Origin: Myxococcales bacterium
GTDB taxonomy: Bacteria; Myxococcota_A; Polyangia; Polyangiales; JADJMO01
DNA: 64,000 bases
Assembly (NCBI GenBank): GCA_016794445.1
Contig: JAEUKC010000313.1
Span: forward strand, 272 to 64,271
Direction: 5' to 3'
Shown here piece by piece: positions 31,164-40,266 of this stretch. Position 1 is the first letter of the stretch, and every line of letters begins with the position of its first letter. Under the pieces are notes generated by a model that saw only the letters and a list, made by a program, of their open reading frames with translations, was not told the DNA's origin and did no database searches. A program made the position numbers and the translations under genes.

Positions 31164-31568
31164 ATGTCCCGCGTCTCCTGGCTCGTGCTCGTGGTGGGCT
31201 CTCTCTCGGGGTGCGGTGAGCCCCCGCCGCCGGCTGCGCCTGTGACAGCCCCTTCGGTCGCGTTCGTCGGAAAGCCGCGGTGCGGTCCGGGAACCGAGAG
31301 CTCCCCGGTCGACGCGCAGACCCGCATGAAGGGATTCGAGGGTGAGATCCGCACCTGCTTCACGCTGGGCACGCCTGGAAAGGCCGCCACCACGGTGGAG
31401 GTTTCCGTGAGCGTGCAGGAGAGCGGGAAAGTCTCGAAGGTCCGCGTCGTCGGAGCCACCGGCAACCCCTCGGCCGAGAATTGTGTGTCCGACCGCCTCA
31501 AGAAGGCGACCTTCGGTCCGTTCTGCGGTGCGGAGGTCGAAATCCGGTGGACCTACGCGCTGCAGTGA
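31164..31568 (+). CDS. lipoprotein with AgmX/PglI-type (TonB_C-like) C-terminal domain
   Basis: ATG 31164 in track ORF 31146..31568. Lipobox SLSGC. FEGEIRTCF...KVSKVRVVGATGNPSAENCVSDRLKKATF resembles the myxobacterial AgmX/PglI C-terminal domain (from memory). Confidence 0.7.
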   Translation: MSRVSWLVLVVGSLSGCGEPPPPAAPVTAPSVAFVGKPRCGPGTESSPVDAQTRMKGFEGEIRTCFTLGTPGKAATTVEVSVSVQESGKVSKVRVVGATGNPSAENCVSDRLKKATFGPFCGAEVEIRWTYALQ

Positions 31569-31681
31569 GATTGACGCGCCCCGACATCCCGAAGCGGGGT
31601 GGTCGGGCCGCAAGATCGCAGGCACACTGGAAGGGCGTGTCTGCCTCTCGCGATCGATTGCCCAGGGTCCGCGCCGACCAG

Positions 31682-32461
31682 GTGCCACGCACCCCTTCGC
31701 AGCGCGCCGTCCTGCGCGTCCTCGGCACCTTGCTCGACGCGGATCGGGTGATGCCGGTGGTGACCGCGGGGCTCGCGGCCGCCGGCCTGGCCGAGCTGCC
31801 CGATCGCTTCGACGAGCTCCTCGACCACCTCGTGCCCCACCTGGTACGTGAGCTCGACGACCCCGCCCGCCCGTGGATCGTGCGCACCTTCGTCGAGGAC
31901 CTCGAGGCCGAGGCCGAGCACGACCGGCTGCGCGGCGACCCCCACAGCTCCGCCCGCATGGCCATCGCCACCCGCGTGCCCGAGCGCCAGCCCGAGCCGG
32001 CGTTCGCGCCGAGCGGTCTGCAACCCGTTCGCGTCGACGAGCCTGCCAGCCTGGCCCAGCTCCACGCCGCCCTCGAGGCGCCGCCGGTGGACGCCGCCCG
32101 TCGGGTGGTCGTCGTCTGGAACCAGGACCGGTTCGGGCGGGCGAACCTCGCGCGCATCCTCGTGCGCGCCGGCTTCGACGTCGTCGTGCTCGACGAGCCC
32201 GCCGAGGTCGAGGCGCACCTCCTCGATCGCCTCCCCTGCGACGTGCTGCTCTTCGATCTGGACGACGAGGGGAGCGAGCGGGTGCTCGGCGCCCTCGCCG
32301 GACATGTGGAGCTACCGCTGCTCGTGTGGACCCGCGAGAGCCCAGCCGTGGTCGAGACCCGCCTCGCGCGGCACGGTGCCGTGCCCCGCCACGCGATCGT
32401 CTCCCGCGCAGCCGTCCGCCCCGCGCCGCTGCTCGAGGCGCTCGACAGCCTGCTCGGCTAG
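31682..32461 (+). CDS. hypothetical protein with C-terminal receiver-like domain
   Basis: Track ORF 31481..32461. GC3 rises to the coding level near GTG 31682 (alternatives: GTG 31565, ATG 31751). Receiver-like VVVVWNQD...DVLLFDLDDEG...LLVWTRE. Confidence 0.65.
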   Translation: MPRTPSQRAVLRVLGTLLDADRVMPVVTAGLAAAGLAELPDRFDELLDHLVPHLVRELDDPARPWIVRTFVEDLEAEAEHDRLRGDPHSSARMAIATRVPERQPEPAFAPSGLQPVRVDEPASLAQLHAALEAPPVDAARRVVVVWNQDRFGRANLARILVRAGFDVVVLDEPAEVEAHLLDRLPCDVLLFDLDDEGSERVLGALAGHVELPLLVWTRESPAVVETRLARHGAVPRHAIVSRAAVRPAPLLEALDSLLG

Positions 32462-32750
32462 TCTTCCCGGCGGCGATCTGGCGTCTGACGCAGGAACGCC
32501 CGCCGATCGCCCGTCCGGCGATCCTCGCTTTCCCGCGATTCTCGCGAGATTGGGTCGGACTCCGAGACGGACGGCGGGATTCCGAGCGGCGAACCAGGGG
32601 GATTCTCGGGCTGCTTGGCCATGCCTCGACGTCGCTCAGCTGGCTGCAATCGGGCAAGATCGCCGCGCCCGCGGTTGACGGAGGGGGGATCGTGTTGTAC
32701 CCGTCCGCGGCTGCTCTCTCGGTCGGCGCCGGTCTACTGCTGCGCACCTA

Positions 32751-32813
32751 CCCCTGTCCGGGCCCTGTCCGGGCCCCCTGTCCGGGCCCCTGTCGGGCAA
32801 CCTGGCCGGGCCC
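32751..32813. repeat. five phased copies of CCTGTCCGGGCC-like motif upstream of yajC
   Basis: Copies start at 32753, 32764, 32777, 32789 (degenerate) and 32801 (CCTGGCCGGGCC), a period of 11-13 bp. The array ends 22 nt before ATG 32835. Confidence 0.75.
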
Positions 32814-32834
32814 TCCGCTCCGAAATGTGATCGC

Positions 32835-33314
32835 ATGTCGCTCGACGCCTCGTCGCTCTATTCCCACCTCGTCCGACTCGACGTCGCCCTGGCCAGCCTC
32901 GCGCAGGTCGCGCCTGTGGGCGGTGGCGGCGGGGCCCCCGCAGGCGGCGCTGCGCCGGCACCGGCCGGTGGCGGCAGTGCTCCGGCGGCCGGCGGCGGTG
33001 GCTCGAGCATGATGAACCTGCTCCTGCCGGTGCTGATCTTCGTGGGCTTCTACTTCTTCCTCATCCGGCCCCAGCAGAAGAAGCAGCAGGAGCTCGAGAG
33101 CAAGCTCAAGAAGGGGGACAAGGTCCTCACCACGGGCGGCATCTCCGGCAAGATCATCGAGCTGCGCGACAAGCGCGCCATCGTCGAGATCGCCCAGAAC
33201 GTTCGGATCGAGATGCTCAGGACCGCCATCAGCGGCATCGACGAAGGCGACGCCCCTGCCAAGGACGCCGTCAAGGACGACGAGAAGGCCAAGCCGGCCG
33301 ACGCCAAGAAATGA
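32835..33314 (+). CDS. yajC: preprotein translocase subunit YajC (long Gly/Ala/Pro N-terminal extension)
   Basis: Core LLLPVLIFVGFYFFLIRPQQKKQQE...GDKVLTTGGISGKI matches YajC. Start uncertain: ATG 32835, GTG 32916, or ATGs near 33009. Confidence 0.85.
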   Translation: MSLDASSLYSHLVRLDVALASLAQVAPVGGGGGAPAGGAAPAPAGGGSAPAAGGGGSSMMNLLLPVLIFVGFYFFLIRPQQKKQQELESKLKKGDKVLTTGGISGKIIELRDKRAIVEIAQNVRIEMLRTAISGIDEGDAPAKDAVKDDEKAKPADAKK

Positions 33315-33321
33315 ACCGCGC

Positions 33322-35199
33322 ATGACTCGCTGGTGGTACACGAAGCTGATCCTCATCCTCGCGCTCGGGTTGGGCGCGTTCGTCACGGTCTGGCCGAGCC
33401 TCGAGGCTCTGGTCGGGCTCAAGGCGCCCGCCTGGGTCAAGTCGCGCGTCAGCGCGCGGATCAACCGCGGCCTCGACCTGCGAGGCGGCCTCCGGCTCGT
33501 CTACACGGTGCAGGTCGACGAGGCGATCCGCGACAAGCGTGACCGCTACGCCGACGAGATCCGGCAGAAGCTGGCCGTGCTGTTCGGCATGAACCAGGCC
33601 GACAAGCCCCTGACCAACGAGGTCCAGGAGAAGCTCAAGACCAAGCTCACCGTCGAGCGCGTCGAGCACAACAAGCTGGTCCTCAAGTTCCTCGACCAGG
33701 CCGACGCCGCCAAGGTGGACGACAAGTTCCTCGGCTCGATGAGCGAGGAGCTCATCAAGTTCCCGGACAAGGACCCGAAGGTCATCACCTTCAAGATCCG
33801 CCTCGAGCTCGAGACCTCGATCCGCGAGCGCGCCGTCACCCAGGCCAAGAAGACCGTCGAGAACCGCGTCGACGAGCTCGGCCTCCGCGAGGCCGCCGTC
33901 ACCACGCGCGACGAGGACATCATCATCGAGGTCCCCGGCGAGGAGGAGGCCACCTTCGAGCAGATCAAGCAGATCGTCTCGCAGACGGCCCGCCTCGAGT
34001 TCAAGATCCTCGACGACCAGGCCGACTTCTTCGGCAAGGTCGACTACGTCGCCCACCCCCTCCCCGAGGGCGGCACGCTGCAGAACGAGCTCGCCCCCGT
34101 CGGCCTCGGCGCCGACAAGCAGCCGAAGAGCGCCCCGAGCCACTACCTCCGTCTCATCAAGAAGAAGGACGAGACGATGCAGGACGCGCTCAAGCGCGTG
34201 AAGGCCTACATCGCCACGCTCGGCGTCCCCGACGACCGTCAGGTCGGCTTCGGCGAATACGACGACATCGACGCGGTCACCGGCAAGAAGGGCCCCGTGG
34301 GCTGGCGCACCTACTACATGGAGCGCCGCGCCGAGGTCACCGGCGAGTACATCACCGACGCCCAGGTCGCGACCGACCAGAACAAGGGCCCGCAGCTCGA
34401 GTACTACGTCGCCCTCACGTTCTCCCCGACCGGCGCGGACAAGTTCCAGAAGGTCACCAAGGACAACGTCAAGAAGCGGTTCGCCATCATCCTCGACGAC
34501 AAGGTCGACTCGGCGCCCGTCATCCAGACCGAGATCGGCGGCGGCCACGCCTCGATCACCCTCGGCAGCAACCAGGACAAGAAGGAGCAGCTCGACGCCG
34601 CCAAGAAGCTCGAGATGGTCCTGCGCTCCGGCGCCCTCCCGGCCCCGATCGAGAAGAGCAACGAGCAGCGCATCGGCGCCTCGCTCGGCACCGACGCCAT
34701 CCGCCTCGGCCTCCGCGGCGCGCTCCTCGGCGCCGGCCTCGTGCTCATCTTCATGGTCGCCTACTACTCGGTCGCCGGGATCATCGCGGACATGGCGGTG
34801 CTCTTCAACCTGCTGCTCCAGCTGTCGGCGCTCGCCGCGTTCGGCGCCTCGATGACCCTCCCGGGCATCGCCGGCCTCGCGCTCACCATGGGCATGGCGG
34901 TCGACGCCAACGTGCTGATCAACGAGCGCATCCGCGAGGAGCTGCGCGAGGGGAGGTCCGCCCGAGCGGCCGTCGAGAACGGCTACTCCAAGGCGTTCGC
35001 GGCCATCCTCGACGGCCACGTCACCACGTTCATCGGCGGTCTGCTCCTCCTGCAGTACGGCACCGGCCCCATCAAGGGCTTCGCGGTCACGCTCATCATC
35101 GGCATCGTGGCCTCGCTGTTCACCGCCGTCGTCTGCACCCGCATGGTCTTCGACTGGTGGGTCCTCGGGCGCCGCGCCAAGAAGCTGCTGATCGGCTGA
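33322..35199 (+). CDS. secD: protein translocase subunit SecD
   Basis: Track ORF, 625 aa. N-terminal TM segment, large periplasmic domain, C-terminal 5-TM core with SecD motifs (GLDLRGG, INERIREE). Confidence 0.95.
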   Translation: MTRWWYTKLILILALGLGAFVTVWPSLEALVGLKAPAWVKSRVSARINRGLDLRGGLRLVYTVQVDEAIRDKRDRYADEIRQKLAVLFGMNQADKPLTNEVQEKLKTKLTVERVEHNKLVLKFLDQADAAKVDDKFLGSMSEELIKFPDKDPKVITFKIRLELETSIRERAVTQAKKTVENRVDELGLREAAVTTRDEDIIIEVPGEEEATFEQIKQIVSQTARLEFKILDDQADFFGKVDYVAHPLPEGGTLQNELAPVGLGADKQPKSAPSHYLRLIKKKDETMQDALKRVKAYIATLGVPDDRQVGFGEYDDIDAVTGKKGPVGWRTYYMERRAEVTGEYITDAQVATDQNKGPQLEYYVALTFSPTGADKFQKVTKDNVKKRFAIILDDKVDSAPVIQTEIGGGHASITLGSNQDKKEQLDAAKKLEMVLRSGALPAPIEKSNEQRIGASLGTDAIRLGLRGALLGAGLVLIFMVAYYSVAGIIADMAVLFNLLLQLSALAAFGASMTLPGIAGLALTMGMAVDANVLINERIREELREGRSARAAVENGYSKAFAAILDGHVTTFIGGLLLLQYGTGPIKGFAVTLIIGIVASLFTAVVCTRMVFDWWVLGRRAKKLLIG

Positions 35200-35221
35200 G
35201 AGCCCTCAGAGGAACAAGACC

Positions 35222-36601
35222 ATGGAGCTCATCAAGCCCGGCACCCGTATCAACTTCATGAAGCAGCTGCGCTTCTGGGTGACCGTCTCGGTCGTCCTCG
35301 CGCTCGGCTCGCTCGTGCTCACGCTCATGCCCCCCGGCAAGTTCGTCGAGGTCGGTGGCGTCAAGATCGGGCTCGGCCCGAACTACGGCACCGACTTCCG
35401 CGGCGGCACCGAGCTGCAGGTCAAGTTCAAGAAGCCCCTGGAGGCAGGCGTCGTCCGCGCGGCGGTCGAGTCGATCCCCGGCTTCTCCCGCCCCGACGTG
35501 GTGGCGCTCGGCGACCCGAGCGAGAGCAAGTTCCTCATCCGGGTGCAGGAACACTCCAGCATCGACGAGGCCACCATGGCCAAGATCCGCCGCGCGCTCT
35601 GCTTCAAGGGCAGCACGGTGGACGAGAAGGGCGTCACCGTCATGGACGCCGAGCTCGACCCGGCGCAGTGCCCGGAGTCGGTCGCCCGCCCGAGCGAGGT
35701 GAAGTTCAGCCCCGGCGGCGACAAGGTCGGCATCCGCTACGAGGTGAAGCCCGACGCGGTCATCTACGACCGCATCAAGGCCGCGCTGACCGGCGCGGGC
35801 GTCGCGCTCCGTGGGTCGACCGACGAGAAGGGACAGAGCGCCGATCTCACCGAGAAGGGTCACGAGGTCGGACAGGCCAAGGAGTACCGCGTCGAGGTCC
35901 AGCTCAAGAGCAAGGGCGACCTCCTCCTCGACGAGATGCGCGCCAAGCTCGGCGCCGACGTCGTGCCGCCCGTCGCCGACAAGGTGGAGTGGGTCGGTCC
36001 GCGCGCCGGAAAGCAGCTCCGCGACGCCGCGGTGAAGAGCGTGCTCTTCGCCATCGTCTTCATCATGGCGTACGTCGCCTTCCGGTTCGACCTGCGGTTC
36101 GCGCCGGGGGGCATCTTCGCCCTGTTCCACGACGCCCTCGTGGTCATCGGCGTCTTCATCATCACGCGCCGTGAGATCACGCTCTCGACGATCGCCGCGA
36201 TCCTCACCATCGTCGGCTACTCGATCTCGGACACCGTCATCATCTACGACCGCATCCGCGAGAACCTGAACAAGCACCGCGGGATGACGTTCCACGACAT
36301 CATCAACCTCTCGGTCTCCGAGACCCTCGGGCGCACGGTGTTGACCTCCGGCTCGGTGCTCCTCTCCGTGTTCGGCATGTTCTTCTTCGGCACCGGCGTG
36401 CTCAAGGACTTCGCCCTCGCCCTGTTCGTCGGCGTCATCGCCGGCACGTACTCCTCGATCTTCGTGGCCGCGCCGCTCACCGAGTGGATCGACATCAAGT
36501 TCTTCGGAGCGAGCGCCACGGCGCGCAAGAAGAAGCCGAAGAAGGGGCCGAAGATCACCGGCCCCGGTGGCGCGAAGGGCCAAGTGCAGCACCAGTTGTA
36601 G
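35222..36601 (+). CDS. secF: protein translocase subunit SecF (extended periplasmic domain)
   Basis: Track ORF, 459 aa. NYGTDFRGGTE, and C-terminal TM core with YSISDTVIIYDRIREN. Confidence 0.95.
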   Translation: MELIKPGTRINFMKQLRFWVTVSVVLALGSLVLTLMPPGKFVEVGGVKIGLGPNYGTDFRGGTELQVKFKKPLEAGVVRAAVESIPGFSRPDVVALGDPSESKFLIRVQEHSSIDEATMAKIRRALCFKGSTVDEKGVTVMDAELDPAQCPESVARPSEVKFSPGGDKVGIRYEVKPDAVIYDRIKAALTGAGVALRGSTDEKGQSADLTEKGHEVGQAKEYRVEVQLKSKGDLLLDEMRAKLGADVVPPVADKVEWVGPRAGKQLRDAAVKSVLFAIVFIMAYVAFRFDLRFAPGGIFALFHDALVVIGVFIITRREITLSTIAAILTIVGYSISDTVIIYDRIRENLNKHRGMTFHDIINLSVSETLGRTVLTSGSVLLSVFGMFFFGTGVLKDFALALFVGVIAGTYSSIFVAAPLTEWIDIKFFGASATARKKKPKKGPKITGPGGAKGQVQHQL

Positions 36602-36622
36602 CCTCCGACACCGCCATGCACG

Positions 36623-36663
36623 CCGCCTCCCTCCTGCCAAGGACGGGAGGCGGTCTCGTTTCT
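36623..36663 (+). terminator. intrinsic terminator of yajC-secDF
   Basis: CCGCCTCCCTCC (36623-36634) pairs with GGACGGGAGGCGG (36641-36653), one bulge, followed by TCTCGTTTCT. Confidence 0.75.
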
Positions 36664-36818
36664 GGGCTGCGTCCTCGACTGGGCAAGATCTCCGCGAACC
36701 GCATCGAGTGTTCAGCGGCGCCCGCAGGCAGATGCTCGCACCGATAGCAACTTCGCTGCGGGAAAAGCTGGAAAGTTAGTGGTCTCGCGCAGCCTCCCTA
36801 GAGTGGTCGTCGTCCAGC

Positions 36819-39203
36819 ATGAATGGCTTCGAGATCATCCTCTCCCGCGAGCACGCGCAGTTGGACGAAGAGACCGGAAAGGCCCGCGCCGCGCGGCTCC
36901 GGCTCCTCGACGCCCCGAACCCCGATCGCCCACGGGTGCGCGACGCCATCGACATCGTGGTCGGTGGCGTGAACCTGACCGCGCGCGTCGCGGCGGACCA
37001 GGCCCCCTGCGTGTTGCGCGACCTCGCGCTCTCGCTGGTCGACCTCGGGTGCGGGGTCCGCTCGCGGGCCATCGTCCGGTTCTACGACGTCCCGTGGGAG
37101 CTCGGGCTCGAGCGGCGGGAGGGCGACCTCGCGCTCTCGCTCGTCAAGACGGGCGACGAGACCGACGTGGCCGTGCACGACCGGCGCACGCCGATCGCGG
37201 ACGCCATCGCCGGCACGCGCGCCGCCATCGCCGCCCTGCTCACCGGCCGTCACGCCCACGACGCGCTCGCGGAGGTCCTGCGCTCCGAGCTCGAGGGCGC
37301 CGAGGCCGCGCTCGGTCAGCTCGATCCGGGCGCGTCGACGCCGCCCGCGCGCAACGACGTCCTCGCGGTGGTGGAGCCCGAGCCTGGCATCCGCTGCGCG
37401 TTCGGGGTCGAGCTGCCGCTCTCGGTGGACGCGCACGCGGGCCCCGAGGCCAGCGTCGTCGAGACCTCGGATCTGCACGCGCTGCTCGGTCGCGGTCGGA
37501 TGCGCGCGGTCGTGCGGGGGCGCACGCAGGAGCTCGGCGAGGTGCACGGCTTCCTCGCGACCGAGCGCCTCGTGGAGCTCGGCAAGGCGGTGCTCGACGC
37601 CTGGGAGCGCGGGCGACCGCTCCACACGAAGGTGTCGCTGCAGGGGCCGCTCGTCGGGGTCCGCCTCGACGCGGCGGGCACGCTCTCGCTCACCCTGGTC
37701 GCCAGCGAGAACGCCGAGGCGCCTCGCTCGACGCACGTGTTCCCCTCGCTCGAGGGGCCCGATTTCGTCGACGCGGCGGTCTCGCTGGGCCGTCAGCTGG
37801 TGCGCACGATCGTGCGCCGCGACCGCGCCCAGGCCTCGAACCTGCGCCTGCTCACGCTGCGGCGACGCGTCCGCGAGCTGTCGGAGCGCCTGCGCGACGT
37901 GGCGCGGCCGGTCGGACCGTTCGGCGAGAGCGACCTCGTGAACCAGCACCGCGACAGCTACCGGCCCTACGTGAAGGCCAAGGCCCCCACCGGCGCGCCG
38001 GACGCGAGCCTGCGCCGCCTCAAATACGAGCCGCGCTGGACGGCGGAGGTGCCCGGCATCGACCTGCGCGCCACGTTCCTCTGCGGCGATCGCCTCGTAC
38101 TCTCGGGCGCGAGCCAGACCGCGTGCGTGGACCGCGTGACGGGCAAGACGCTGTGGAAGGCCCCGACCGTGCGCGCCACCCAGATCCCCACCCCGGCGGG
38201 CCTCGCGCGCCTGCGGGGCGACGGGCGGCTCGAGCTGCGTGACTTCGGCGACGGGTCGGTCGTGTGGACGGCGGACTGCGCGCCGCGCTCCAAGGGGACC
38301 CCGGCCGCCTGCACGATCATCGCGCCAGGCCTGCCTCGCCTGCTCGTCGCGACGGACGGCGACCGACACCTCTGCGCCTACGATCTCACGAGCGGCGCGC
38401 CGCGGTGGCGCTACACGATGACGCGGCCCGGTCCGGTGCGCGTGCGTCGCGCGGGCCGCCTCCTCGTCGTCTCGAGCGACGAGGCGCAGCTGGTCGCGCT
38501 CGACGCCGTCGACGGGCGCGTCGTGTGGCGCATCCGCGATCGCCTGCGCTTCGCCGCCCCGGCGGCCATCGAGCGCGAGGAGCTGTTCGTCGTCGCGGGA
38601 GAGCCGGGCGGCCTCGCCCGCCTGCACCACCTCGACGCGCTCTCGGGCGCGCGTCGCTGGGAGCGGATCCTCGAGGGCGCCGTGGCGACCGAGTCGGCGC
38701 CGATGCCGCTCGGCCGCCTGGTGGTGGTCGTCACGCGCGATCGTCGCGGGATCGGGCTCTCGGCGATCGATCAGACGAGCGGCGTCGAGGCCTGGTCGCT
38801 CCCGCCGGGGACCTTCCCGCCCGGCACCTCCGCGCTCGGGATCGACGACCGCGTGGTGCTCAATCTCCCGACCGGCGAGGTGAGCGCGATCGTCGCGCGC
38901 GACGGCTCGACGGCCTGGCGCCACGTGTTCGAGACCCCCGTGCACGGCGACGCGCCGCGACGGCTCGAGCCGGTGCTGCGCGCGGGAGCCCTGTTCGTCC
39001 CCCAGGATCGCGTGCGCGTGCTCCGCCCCTCGGATGGCGCGATCGTGGGGGTCGTCACGAGCGACCTCGTGCCCGACCTGCTGCGGGTCGACGAGCGCTG
39101 CGACGTCTACGTCGCCGAGGAGTCCGGTCACGTCGCCGCGTTCGGCGCGCAGTCCAAGCTGGAAGCCGTGCCGGGTCGCCCTCGCCTCTCGCTCGTCCGC
39201 TAG
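36819..39203 (+). CDS. large cytoplasmic-looking protein: unknown ~420-aa N-terminal region plus PQQ-like beta-propeller repeats
   Basis: Track ORF, 794 aa. No signal peptide. C-terminal repeats such as VDRVTGKTLWK, YDLTSGAPRWRY, ALDAVDGRVVWR, LDALSGARRWE, AIDQTSGVEAWS, ARDGSTAWRH. Confidence 0.8.
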   Translation: MNGFEIILSREHAQLDEETGKARAARLRLLDAPNPDRPRVRDAIDIVVGGVNLTARVAADQAPCVLRDLALSLVDLGCGVRSRAIVRFYDVPWELGLERREGDLALSLVKTGDETDVAVHDRRTPIADAIAGTRAAIAALLTGRHAHDALAEVLRSELEGAEAALGQLDPGASTPPARNDVLAVVEPEPGIRCAFGVELPLSVDAHAGPEASVVETSDLHALLGRGRMRAVVRGRTQELGEVHGFLATERLVELGKAVLDAWERGRPLHTKVSLQGPLVGVRLDAAGTLSLTLVASENAEAPRSTHVFPSLEGPDFVDAAVSLGRQLVRTIVRRDRAQASNLRLLTLRRRVRELSERLRDVARPVGPFGESDLVNQHRDSYRPYVKAKAPTGAPDASLRRLKYEPRWTAEVPGIDLRATFLCGDRLVLSGASQTACVDRVTGKTLWKAPTVRATQIPTPAGLARLRGDGRLELRDFGDGSVVWTADCAPRSKGTPAACTIIAPGLPRLLVATDGDRHLCAYDLTSGAPRWRYTMTRPGPVRVRRAGRLLVVSSDEAQLVALDAVDGRVVWRIRDRLRFAAPAAIEREELFVVAGEPGGLARLHHLDALSGARRWERILEGAVATESAPMPLGRLVVVVTRDRRGIGLSAIDQTSGVEAWSLPPGTFPPGTSALGIDDRVVLNLPTGEVSAIVARDGSTAWRHVFETPVHGDAPRRLEPVLRAGALFVPQDRVRVLRPSDGAIVGVVTSDLVPDLLRVDERCDVYVAEESGHVAAFGAQSKLEAVPGRPRLSLVR

Positions 39204-39718
39204 CCGCCGCGCTCGACCGCCACTCCGCGCTCGGACGTGGTCACCTCGATGGAGGTGACGCCCTCGTCGATCAGGCGGGCGATCGAGCGAAGGGTCTGCT
39301 CGACGGCCTCCCGGGGGCTCGCGTAGACCGTGGCCCGCTGGTAGCGGCGGACGATCGTGACGCCCTCGAGGTCGGGCTTGGCCAGCGCGAGCGCGAGCTC
39401 GGCGACCAGGCGAGGGTCTTCGCCCGGGGCCTGCGGCTCGACGCGGTAGAGGCCGCGGACCACGGCGATCACGCCGCGGATCCCCACGAGACCGTGCTCG
39501 ACCCCGCGGATCGAGAGCAGGAGCTCACCCGGGTCGGGCGTGCCCTCGCGCCCGGCCTCGCCTCGTGGCCCGCCGGCGGCGAGCGCGCCGATGTCGTCCG
39601 AGAGCAACTCCAGGTTGCCCGAGGCCTCGGTCAAAGCGTTGTTCAGCTCGTGGACGACGAAAGAGGATAGGAGCGCCGCGGCCTCGAGCCGAGCGAGCAT
39701 CCGCCCCTCTGTTCCCAT
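39200..39718 (-). CDS. truncated/degenerate histidine-kinase-like protein (DHp H-box only)
   Basis: Track ORF 39200..39754 (TTG); ATGs at 39718 and 39700. H-box FVVHELNNALT. No recognisable N, G1 or G2 ATP-binding boxes. Overlaps the convergent gene end by 4 nt. Confidence 0.65.
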   Translation of the reverse strand: MGTEGRMLARLEAAALLSSFVVHELNNALTEASGNLELLSDDIGALAAGGPRGEAGREGTPDPGELLLSIRGVEHGLVGIRGVIAVVRGLYRVEPQAPGEDPRLVAELALALAKPDLEGVTIVRRYQRATVYASPREAVEQTLRSIARLIDEGVTSIEVTTSERGVAVERGG

Positions 39719-39783
39719 CCGGCCAGGGTTACACCCACGCGAAGGCTTGGACAACGGCCGCGGCTGCCTTGTATGTTCATTCC

Positions 39784-40266
39784 GTGGGTCACGCTCTTGG
39801 GAGCCGCCGTGCCAGGCGAGGCCTCGCGGCCTCGTTCGTGTTCGGGGTATCGATCGGGGGAACCGTCGGCTGTGGGACCGTCGACCCCGGCACCTACGAG
39901 GGCGTGCGAGACGTCAAGCCGGACGAGAACTACTTCTACTGCGTCATCCAGCCGCAGGTGCTGAACGCCAAGAAGTGCGCCACCGGCGACGGCAGCGACA
40001 CCGGCTGTCACTCGACCGCCACCCCGATGCGTCTGCAGGTGGTAGACAGCCCCGTGCTCTGCACGAGCGGCAAGCCCAGTGACCCCTCCAAGATCAGCGG
40101 GGCCGAGCGTGCGAACTACACCGCGTCCTCGCTGCGCGTGAACCGCGACATCGAGTCTTCTCCGCTGCTGCGGCGACCGATCGGCGCCTCGGCCCACAAG
40201 GTCCTCTTCGCGAGCACCTCGGTCGAGGCGGATCTCATCCGCAAGTGGATCGCGGGGGCTCGATGA
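39784..40266 (+). CDS. small lipoprotein-like protein with conserved Cys/His segment
   Basis: GTG 39784 (or TTG 39769) in the frame of track ORF 39565..40266. Signal-like FVFGVSIGGTVGC. Segment VIQPQVLNAKKCATGDGSDTGCHS. Confidence 0.6.
   Translation: MGHALGSRRARRGLAASFVFGVSIGGTVGCGTVDPGTYEGVRDVKPDENYFYCVIQPQVLNAKKCATGDGSDTGCHSTATPMRLQVVDSPVLCTSGKPSDPSKISGAERANYTASSLRVNRDIESSPLLRRPIGASAHKVLFASTSVEADLIRKWIAGAR

Noticed and set aside
32458-32649. Small minus-strand ORF (MAKQPENPP...EDRRTGDRRAFLRQTPDRRRED) in the long spacer before yajC
   Set aside because: GC3 is about 74% by hand count, well below neighbouring genes. There is no SD and no recognisable family. It may still be a real small protein, but the evidence is insufficient.
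39784-40266. Calling the small lipoprotein a c-type cytochrome
   Set aside because: No canonical CXXCH is present. Only a C-X9-CH arrangement is seen, so it is kept as speculation within a finding and not as an annotation.
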